NCBI RefSeq assembly: GCF_000485595.1
Contig: NW_014577069.1
Location: 1,001,693 to 1,021,692 of the forward strand
Length of the DNA: 20,000 nt
Reading direction: 5' to 3'
Origin: Priapulus caudatus
Taxonomy: Eukaryota
Position 1 is the first letter of the stretch, and every line of letters begins with the position of its first letter. Of the stretch, positions 10,347 through 20,000 are shown one piece after another. Under the pieces are notes generated by a model. The model did not search any database and was not told the origin of the DNA. It saw only the letters and a list, made by a program, of their open reading frames with translations. Made by a program: the position numbers and the translations under genes.

Positions 10347-10394
10347 ATATATATATATATATATATGGATAGAGAGAGAGAGAGAGAGAGAGAG
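10347..10394. repeat. (AT)n followed by (AG)n microsatellite
   Basis: Direct reading of the sequence. Confidence 0.9.
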
Positions 10395-11757
10395 CGGTTT
10401 ATATAACGGAGTACGGTCACTGGAAGAATACCAAATATTTTACCTTTTAAAATATATTGATTTGAATTTGCATTAGAAATAAATTGAATGAAAGATTTCG
10501 CCTGTCCTTGAAACGTCTTCTAAATAAAACGTTCCCTCTCAATATCAAGGTTCAATAGATCTCTCTCCAACTATCTACTAGTTTTAAATAAATCGTGCGG
10601 TTTTCTTTTGAGAAATATTTTAAGTATCATGGGAAATCTGAGAGCGCTTTTTGATTTTTTCGAGCTATCGAGTTAAAATGCCTCAAAGATCAGCATGTTA
10701 TTCAAGAATTAATTAATCAATGCCTGCGCACTCTGCATACTTCGCCATTACTTCGCCATGGACCTTGTGATGTCAAACCCCCCAAGATGTTTTCAGAAAG
10801 AAGAACAGCTATTTTCGAGACGCGGGATTGGACCATTTTAATTATATTGGAACCGCAAAATACCAGATAAATTTAGGAATGGGAATTTATTGAAAGTATG
10901 GAAACTGGATGTTGCTGCGATTTTATTTAAATTGCAACTGGATAATTGGCATATTTTTTATCTTGGACATTGGTAATGAACTCCTTCTCATGCCCCCCCC
11001 CCTTTATTCTCAATTTGCAAAGCGCATTGCTGTCATCTATTCGCCAAGATCCGCCAATGCAGTGACGCTTTTTCCCCATCGCGATGCTTGATGCTAACGA
11101 GGAGCAAGCGAAGGCCACACGTGCGGCAGTACGTGTGCGTCCGTCCCTTCAACCTGCGCGCACATTTGGCGCGGCATGTCATTCCCGTCAGACGAAGCAA
11201 AGTTTACTCGGTTAGTAACCGCTTTGCAATGTGCAATGACGGAAGAGTGAGCAGGGGGAGAGGGCATCCCCTCGCCTGCGCGCATCCAGCATGCGCTGGC
11301 AGGCGAACAGATTCGAAATTCCCAGTGCCAGGGTGGTTGCCGGAACGCCTCTGACGCGTCTGACAAACACGACAAGTAGATAGCTTGAGACTGCAACTCA
11401 AATATAGCTCGAAAATACAGCCCTTCGCCTTAGCTCTGGTTTGTATCAATGGATTATGCTGCTGCTGATGGTAGGCTCAGTGTGGCTTTTGCACATTTTA
11501 AACATAAAACAGAAATTGTTGCAAAGTGACATGAGGGCGTCTTCGACGCACTGTACGTCTGAACCTGAGGTGTACATACATATGCGAGCGAATATGCGAG
11601 GAACCCACAATTGGTCAACCTGCGGAATATTTAAGCTCTGATGCATTTTTACAGCGCTTGCAGGGAGTGTGAGGGCCAAACTGCATCATGCTAAATCTCA
11701 AATTCATTTTTTCAACAAGGATAATGCATGGCTACTCGTTGCTAAATAAAGATCGAA

Positions 11758-11960
11758 GCGGCGTCTACACTATATAGACTAAAACCCGGGTTCGCATTTT
11801 CGGTGCTGCAGCGTCTACACTGTCAAAAACCCACCTTCCGTGAATGCACCCATCTAGTACTGAGTGGTGGGATACATAGCTAAAACGCGGGTTTTCTGGT
11901 CACTTTTAGAGTCAGCTGCATGCGTCTGGTCACGCTCGAGAGTCAGCTGCATGCTGACTC
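11758..11960. mobile_element. Possible one-ended remnant of a PIF/Harbinger-like MITE
   Basis: GCGGCGTCTACACT (~11758) and GCAGCGTCTACACT (~11808) resemble Harbinger-MITE terminal motifs. CTAAAAC(C/G)CGGGTT is repeated, and there is a ~30-bp tandem duplication at 11896-11954. No opposite TIR was found. Confidence 0.25.
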
Positions 11961-14819
11961 GCACACTTATTTTCCCCCGTCGGAAGAATACCTTAATTTT
12001 CCGTAATGTACGCCTTGCTGTAAAAGTTCTATTAATACAGCAAAACGTGCGTGCGTTTTGAGGTCAAAGGTCATCTGTCAGTTCTACTTTCGTTTCAAAC
12101 ATCTAGTGCGTTGGCAGCTCCTGTGTGAATAGCTTAATTTCAGAAATCCAGGGACTACATTTATTTCTAGTGGCGGCGCAGTCCCGGGTCCATTACTCGC
12201 TGACGCAGGCAATCCCAAATTAAATTTCCATGCCTGTATATATAGATGTTATATTAGTCTAGCGCGCTATTTAACGTTTACTTTCGGTATCATGACTTTT
12301 TGTTAGGCGCAACAACAAATTTCGATATTTCGAAAAAAATATTATCGTCTGTAGGCCCCTACATATATATTACGTGCTATGCCTAAGGAACACAGATGCG
12401 TATCATGTATTATTATGTTACTACTACCAGCGTGCCGTTACTTGTGTTCGAAATCGACTAAATAAACTAATATTTTTTGCGATCGATGTAAATCTCTTGT
12501 TTCATTGCAAATACGTAATCAACGGTGTCATGGGAGAAGTCACATCGGGCGGCTTAATTCGAGAGCGTAATTATATTTATTATAATTGCATTTTGTGTGC
12601 AGATGAGTCTTTTTCCTCGTTTATTGTCTCACGATATCTCCCTCATCCCAGCCGGTTGACCGCATGGGAGTTTCAAAACTAGACATGAGTCTAGAGATGA
12701 CAACTATCGCCGTTTTGTGACGATGTTTCTAGTAAACCCTCCCGCGAGCTTTGATATAATATCACCTGGTGCAAAGGCTTCCGCTGTACCCGCTTTATTG
12801 TCAGTATTGATCATTGTCATGCCTGCGTTCGGCGAATTCTGTATCGCATGTAATATTCGCTATGGCCGCTGCTTAAGAACATACCGACCAGGGCCTACAG
12901 CATCTCCCCCTCCCCCAACAGCGAGAAGTACGATGTTACTTAAGCCATCGTCCGCCATAACGGATCCGCAGACAAATGAAATGATATATGGTCAAATTTT
13001 CATTCGTACTCGTCACGCGCCAAGTACGACGTCGCGCGCGGGAGATAAAGTGCTTCTCCTAACAGCGGAAGGAAGTGTTGTAGCACTGAAGAGACAAACT
13101 GAGTATCGTCTGTTATATAGACTTCCGTTCTAACCGCGTTCGAACTGCGAGGACACTGCGGTTTATCGTGTATAGCAGCAGCCGGTTGGCAGTGAAATGT
13201 CCTTACAAAGGTTTAACTGCACTGTGTATGACGCGGTTATTAAAATTTCCGACAGAGGAATTGGAATGTGACGTAGTGCTGTGTGACAAGCCGCAATGAA
13301 TAATGACGCACATTTAGTCGCAGACGAACGTGCAAGCCGTGACGTCGTGTTTATATTAATTGACTTATTATCCTTTCAAGAATTGACACTCGGGTTTTTA
13401 TGAGAAATTAATGCTCCGGCTGTTTTGCTGGTGCTTTTTGGTGCAAGCCAGATGCTGCCTTGGTTTAGTTACAGAATATATGCAGCGTCGGGGCTACTGC
13501 TAAAAATCACCAACGGAAGAAGTTATAGTATGAGCTCAACTCTATCTCTTAACAGATTAAGTAAGCTTATAGAATGGGCCAGACACACAATAAAATACTG
13601 ATTGAACTGGACATCTTAATACGACGTAATTATCATTCCCGTTTTTGCGCATGCGCAACTGTTTTCGCAGTTGGTAAGCGCGACTTCCGAGTTCAAATTG
13701 CAAGCGCATGTGCAAAAACAGCCTTACGGCCTTGAATTAGATTTAATAAGATATCTACCGGGGTCCGTTACTAGCAATATCGTTCCTCATACGCATTCAA
13801 CTATGTTTGTGAAGCCACATGGTTGCGGTGTTTATCATATGAGGCCATGTAAACGTAGTACGTATCACAACTATATTTTCGTCCGACGCCCCCTCGTCTT
13901 CACATAAGCACGGCCGAGCACACGGACAACAATAAAAGCGCGCAGTCGACGAAAGTTCAAATCTAACGGGAAATCAGACGTGAATGTACAGAACCACTAC
14001 TATATTTCTCTGCCTGCAACAACAGCATCGCCAATGGCAACCGGGATGTGGTGATCGAAGCGTTCCCCTGGTTTTATGCGCTCTTCAAGATACTAAATTG
14101 CTATTCAGTAAATCTTACAAATCGTGTTGAGAAATGCTACGAAGAAGACCAACATGTTTACTATGACTAAAACTGCAACAACAGTATGCACGCAGAATCG
14201 CTACTCAACGCAATGGAACATGAAACGAAAGAACTTGGGTGCAGAATTCATATATAAACGGTTAAAATACGTACGGTAATCGCTGAGTGCTGATAAATTA
14301 TATAAACTAAAGAGTCGAATTGTGCTAAATATGGATAATATCAAGATAATATGTTTTTGTGCTGCGGATATACGCTGATATACGAATAGCAGCAAACTAA
14401 CAAATATCAAGCGCGTTCACTCGGCAGTTTCGTGCGGCAAGACAATAAACATTACTGTTCGCAACAGTAAAAACGCCCGTGTTTATTTATACTGACACTC
14501 GAAACGCCTGTTATTTTAGGAATATATTCGTTACAAACGAATTGGACTGAAAGGGCACGTGATGGCCAGTGACTATAGAGTCGATCCCCAATTACTAGCC
14601 TGCGAATTTATTACGCGGTATTATGTATGAAAATGAATTCCGGTGGTTCTAAAACTGTAAATATAATTTGGCGGTTCACATCCAGAAGCTATTTGAAAAT
14701 GCATCTATTCTTATCACAAATTGTGCAAATTATCATGTTCGCTGTTGTGCAAATTCGCTCGCTGCGCCCGGCCCCGAGGCTCGGCTGGCTATATGTCTAT
14801 ACCAATAAAATGATAATAT

Positions 14820-14955
14820 CAGGAGTATAGATAATAGAAGATTCTTTATATTATCTAGATTTTCGATTCTTGATTTTTTGATTTTCGATTTTCAGATTTT
14901 TGATTTTTGATTTTCTAATCTACCTGATATTTGATTCTTCTATTATCTACTCCTG
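14820..14955. mobile_element. Mini hairpin CAGGAGTA(TA)GATAATAGAAGA ... TCTTCTATTATCTACTCCTG with 7-bp ATAATAT duplication and reiterated GATTTT filler
   Basis: Inverted arms of ~20 bp, with a 2-bp insertion in the left arm. ATAATAT is present at 14813-14819 and 14956-14962. The interior contains partial arm copies (TATTATCTA, TCTACCTGATA) and (GATTTT)n. Confidence 0.7.
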
Positions 14956-16259
14956 ATAATATTTACATTTAGGTCCGAGATACCATTACGCACAGCTTTG
15001 TGGAAATATATTGCATGATATTATAGCTAGGAATTGGAATGATCGAGTGCCAACTATCGTTCTATTCGATATATTCGTGACGACTAAACTTCGTGTTTGA
15101 CTACGACACGTCGCAATCCCGCTTGCTAGCTATTTTCAATGACTACGTTCCACCATGTATTCAATCCATGACTACGTTCACACTATCTAACTCTGTTCAA
15201 CATGCATGACGGTGTGAATACGCTATGCACGTTTGATATAAATATTTCAATGTTTCCGATAAAAAGCCGATATATGTATGCAGCGCATAGGCCTTCGAGG
15301 CATGGGGGATTTCAGTTAGACGGTGAGGACAAGCGCCTTCGCGAGTGCTCCGCGAGCAAGGTTTGATGGACACTGCAAATAGCATTTCGATAGACGTACG
15401 CTCCTCCGGGTATTGATGGATATTGAACACAACACCCCCACTAAAAAAAAACCGACTCGATACTCAGTTTTCTTCTAATGTGTGTGGGTTCAAAATAAAA
15501 AAAACTGTCGCGGAAGGCGGAAGGCTTCCGCTGACTGTTAACGAAGTAATTTGCGTCGGCGTTTGGTAATCAAATGTAGGGGTCTTCAAAAGCTCTTAAA
15601 AGGTTGTAAGGCGCTTAAAGGGTTGCAAAGCTCTTCTTTTCCACTCGCTGCTGAAACGTGGGTTAACACTTTATGAGAATTGCGCTAACAGTCATCAAAC
15701 TCAGCGACATGCAGTGAACTGGCGTCTAGAAAAACATGTAAATCGAGGAATATCGTTTCTAGCAAAGCCATATACACAAGCACGAAAAATATATGGATGT
15801 CAATTCGTTTCGCAACTTATAACTCTTCGTCAGGATATGTTCAATAAACGCACACTTCTCATACAACGCAATATAGCACCGATAGATCTATATGCAAGAT
15901 GATTTATGGCCTATGTGCATCCGTGGCAGGTCAATTAATTGAGAAAAAAATATCAGCGAACTGCAGTTAGTATTGCGCGTAATAAGATCCCGAGGAAACT
16001 GTGATTTCTCAACACGAATAATGCCACGCCGTCGAGAAAGCGTTGTGGAGGTGAATGCGTGTAATGCAGTCGAAACATCGGGTGAAGAAAATCTGATCGC
16101 GCGCTACATGTCACACCGAATTTGACACAACATGTATGTTTAAAATGCACACATGTGCGCTCGTCTGTCATGCTGTTAAATCGTGCCACATGCGAGGCAG
16201 ATTAAAGACTCGAAGAGGAGGGACGCAGCTAGCGGCACGGAATAACAACCCAGGGAAGA

Positions 16260-16410
16260 TACGCAGGACGGGGGGGGGGTACCCAGTAACAACACGCGAG
16301 GTGGTCGTGGTGATGGTGGCTGCTATCAACGAAGGAGGGGGTACGCAGGGAGGGGGTACCCAGTAACAACACACGGGGTGGTGGTATTGATGGGGGCTGC
16401 TACTAACAAA
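16260..16410. repeat. Imperfect G-rich tandem duplication (~80-bp unit)
   Basis: TACGCAGG..GGGGGTACCCAGTAACAACAC..GGTGGT..TGATGG.GGCTGCTA occurs at ~16260 and ~16342. Confidence 0.75.
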
Positions 16411-16681
16411 CCAGCCGGGGTGCACCGACGACACTCACAAACAACCGCGTGGAGGTGGTAATGGATCATGGACCACGTGGGTACCTGGGCAGTGAATCAA
16501 AAAGCTGATACACTCATGGGGGTACACCAACTAACCACCCAGAAAGTGGTATTTATGGAACTACGCGGCGTACCCCCGCTAACAATCCAGGCGGGGAGCT
16601 CGAGGGGGCACCAATACTAAGAACTGTGGTGGCGCGATGGTATATTCATGAGAGGTAACTACAATAAAACCGAACAAACCG

Positions 16682-16922
<241 letters not shown>

Positions 16923-17400
16923 TTATGTGTCTCCTTCAACCGGCCTGATTCTAGGAGTTTAACGATTTCTTCTTGCGCCGCATGTCGCATCGTGTCATTA
17001 ACAGCCGGAGGTCATACACAGGTCAATCATTAGTCGTGTATGCCCCCCCCCCTGAACCCGTAGCACGCTACTGCGCAATGCAATTACCCGCACTCGCGAA
17101 GCATGTGCGTTATCTAAAACCTTCACCTAGATTATATAGTATCTCTTTGTAATAACGCATAAGATGACAAACGTACGCACGCGGCTACTGCGGTTACGAA
17201 ACGTCAAATATAGTAGCGAAAGGACGTTGCGACGTTAAGTACAGATGTTCATTACAGCATAGAGAGAATCGGCGTAACGTTATAACCAGCTAGCAGGATG
17301 TATTACAGCGTCACAATCATAGCACTCTCAAACCTATCGTTCCCATCTTTTACAGTAAAAATCGCCGCGAGTTGTTGTCGTCAGCGCTTGGCCATGCACA

Positions 17401-17567
17401 GGCAGCAAGAACAAGCCCGCACGTACAGCATACACGCGGCCATTGACTATATATATTACCTATATTATTATATTATATTATTATATTATTTAATATACGT
17501 TAATAATAATAATATATATAGTCAATGGCCGCGTGTGTGCTGTACGTGCGGGCTTGTTCTTGCTGCC
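17401..17567. repeat. Near-perfect fold-back: 58-bp inverted arms around an AT-rich spacer
   Basis: 17401-17458 versus the reverse complement of 17510-17567 shows one mismatch (CAGCATAC vs CAGCACAC). Confidence 0.92.
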
Positions 17568-17621
17568 AGTGCGCTTGGCACCTCGTCAGCTAAAATGTGC
17601 CCAAATCTAAATACTAGTACT

Positions 17622-17726
17622 ACGCAGCCTGTTTCTAAATAGTAGCGGGCAGAAAGGGACGGACACACGCAGCTAGCTGTTTCTAAACAGTAGCGGGGGC
17701 AGATAAGGACGGACACGCGCAGCCTG
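17622..17726. repeat. Tandem duplication of ~45-50 bp
   Basis: CTGTTTCTAAA(T/C)AGTAGCGGG..CAGA..GGACGGACAC.CGCAGC occurs twice. Confidence 0.85.
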
Positions 17727-18007
17727 AACAGGTGGCCGGCCGGCAGGCAGGCAGGCTACGTACGGCGCCCTGTGCCGACTGCATGCGTAATACTTGGCAA
17801 AATATTATTACGGCATGAATCAACAGCGGCGACGGCTACTGATACGCGCATCGGTTACGCGCGCGTGTACTCACCATCGAGAAAGAACAGAAAAGACGCA
17901 GCGAGCAGCACCAGTGAGAGGTATAGGGAAGACCTAGTCGTACGCATATCACCGCGCGGCCCACACATTCCAATTTGATTGACTTCACATCCGCCTGGAC
18001 GCACTTA

Positions 18008-18056
18008 TCTCCTTCTTCTCTCTCTCTCTCGCTCTCGCTCTCTCTCTCTTTCTCTG
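18008..18056. repeat. (CT)n microsatellite
   Basis: Direct reading of the sequence. Confidence 0.9.
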
Positions 18057-18334
18057 CGTCGACGGTGTACGGGGGTGAATAATGATCCAGCCGTGAGGAG
18101 CCGTGTATGGTGAGGATCCGGATTCCGATCAGGCAGGAGCGATCCCCGCCGGCCTGTGGGAATGACGGCCGAGCTGCGGAAATCGCACGTGAGTCGCTGA
18201 TGCGGAGTGCCGTATATCTTCGGTTTCACACTTCCGTGTCACGCGAGAGCGGCAAGCGCCGTGTACGAGCGCTAGGAGTACACGCGCGCGTGTACAGCGC
18301 AGACCGCGCGCATTTTCGTGGCCCGACGACGCAC

Positions 18335-18344
18335 TGTGTGTGTG

Positions 18345-18406
<62 letters not shown>

Positions 18407-18472
18407 TGTATGTGTGTATGAGTGTGCGTGCGCGTGTGCGTATGCGTGCGTGCGTGCGTGCGCGTGTGTGTG
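18335..18472. repeat. (TG)n / (TGCG)n microsatellite
   Basis: Direct reading of the sequence. Confidence 0.97.
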
Positions 18473-18577
18473 CACGCGTCTAATCGTCCCTCGTCACTAC
18501 GGGCGGACGTTGAGTCGTTGTTGTGATTGCGCCCGCAGTGCAGCGCGTCGTCCGTTGTTGTAGTACGGCAGCTTCGG

Positions 18578-18682
18578 ACGCAGCCATTTTGCCAATCCGC
18601 CGCCCAGATTACGGCAATCCAGAGAAAGCGCCGAGGCTCTCAACGCGCAACGGGCGAAGATTCGGCGGCGCTGTCAATCACG
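18578..18682. promoter_or_regulatory. Candidate promoter motif cluster (YY1-like, CCAAT box, PBX/PREP decamer) in CpG-rich DNA
   Basis: GCAGCCATTTT at 18580-18590 (YY1-like), CCAAT at 18592-18596, and CTGTCAATCA at 18671-18680 (reverse complement of TGATTGACAG). Motif matches only; no transcript evidence. Confidence 0.3.
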
Positions 18683-19156
18683 ACTGTAACTCTTATGCCG
18701 TCTATAATTGTAGCGAGCGACTGACTGCGCGGTCCGTCCGTCTGGCGGTAGAAGTCGGCGCTGTGTGTGTCGGAGCACGCTGCTGCCTGCGCGCCGCGCT
18801 TGTGAGCTGCAGACTCGGGTGGTTCCGGGAGTAACACCACTGCAGCCACCCACAACATCAACACACACGTGCGCGCCGCGAGCTGAGTGTGATTCGCCGC
18901 TCACTAAACTTCACGCGTTTGCCAATGCAGGCGTTATTAATGACGCAACTGACTCTCTCCACCTCGCAAATGGCGTCGTGTCCGCGATTGTTGAACCGCT
19001 CTATCTTCTCTCTCTTCTCTCACCCTCCGCATCCCCGTTATCGTCGCTAGAATATAATATAATATAGTATATATATAAATAAATACTATATATATATATA
19101 TCATTCTGATAGCTATAGATACAGATTAGGATAGTAGCTAGGTAAATGGAATTGAC

Positions 19157-19240
19157 CTATCTATCTATCTATCTATCCTACTATCGTATCTATCTATCTA
19201 TCTATTCTACTCTATCTATCTATCTATCTATCTATCTATT

Positions 19241-19281
<41 letters not shown>

Positions 19282-19700
19282 GCTATCTATCTATCAGTCT
19301 AGTCTATCTATCTATCTATCTATCTATCTAATTATGTTATTTATCTATCCATCCAAATCTAACCTATCTATCTATCTACTATCTATCTATCTATCTGACT
19401 ATCTATCTATCTATCTAATCATCTATCGTATCTATCTATTATTTTTTATCTATCCCATCCATGCTATCTATCTACTGCTATCTATTCTATCTATCTATTC
19501 TATCGAGTCGCTATGCTAATCTTAATCTACTATCTATCTAAGTCTACTATCTATCTATCTATCTATCTATTTATCTACTCTATCAGGTATCTAATTATGC
19601 TATCTATCGCATCATCGCCATCCATCCACCAGTCCATCCATCATGCCATCCATCCATCCCATTCCAATCCATCCATCTGTCTGTCCGTCAGTCCGGTCCG
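19157..19700. repeat. Graded tetranucleotide array (TATC)n -> (CATC)n -> (TGTC/CGTC)n
   Basis: TATC units run to ~19610, CCAT units span ~19618-19677, then CTGT/CCGT follows; indel-noisy. Confidence 0.95.
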
Positions 19701-19759
19701 TTTCCGGTACACGCAGTACTCAAGTGCACTTCGCGTCACGTTAAATCTACTGCCCACGT

Positions 19760-20000
19760 CAGCACTACTCGCACTCACTCGCTTGCAACTTCGCGTCAAC
19801 TCACGTCAGCATCACCTCGCTCACATCAACTCACTCACGCATTCACTCACCACATCACGACACTCCACTGATCACTCACTCACGTGGGGATACAACTCAC
19901 CACTACACGTCACTCAACTCCACTCACTCACATTGCCACTCAGCGGTCAGGTCACCACGTCAACTCACTCGAACTCACTCACTCACTCACTCACTTTGCT
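19760..20000. repeat. Degenerate (TCAC)n microsatellite
   Basis: Dense TCAC/CACT units that become pure near 19975-19995. Confidence 0.85.

Noticed and set aside
12717..13133. 138-aa non-repetitive ORF
   Set aside because: Non-ATG start in the track, no recognisable motif, and no convincing splice signals; compatible with a chance ORF.
13967..14170. Stop-free frame (...CNNSIANGNRDVVIEAFPWFYALFK...) as a possible exon
   Set aside because: No recognisable homology and no clear donor/acceptor pair.
15586..15636. ~19-bp imperfect tandem repeat (AAAGCTCTTAAAAGGTTGT), and the short ATGACTACGTTC duplication at ~15139/15168
   Set aside because: Small local slippage duplications with no further structure.

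Overview
Non-coding, repeat-rich DNA that looks like an animal (probably invertebrate) nuclear genome, with CpG not obviously depleted. It holds many microsatellites, small non-autonomous DNA-transposon remnants and two 25-N gaps. No protein-coding gene, RNA gene or CRISPR array can be supported; the longer ORFs are read-throughs of simple repeats. About 3230-9370 contains two ~1.1-kb blocks (A and B), each present once forward and once reverse-complemented, in the permuted order A..B..A'..B'. The copies differ mainly by scattered indels, so this is probably a low-coverage long-read gap-filling artefact. The most interesting signal is a recurring class of tiny hairpins: 15-20 bp inverted arms starting CA and ending TG, often with self-templated filler, several flanked by exact 7-bp direct repeats. 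This geometry matches what P-superfamily transposon excision and repair would leave behind. Two sit in tandem sharing one target duplication, and a related hairpin is amplified as an ~85-bp minisatellite. A CpG-rich stretch near 17.3-19.0 kb carries promoter-type motifs.
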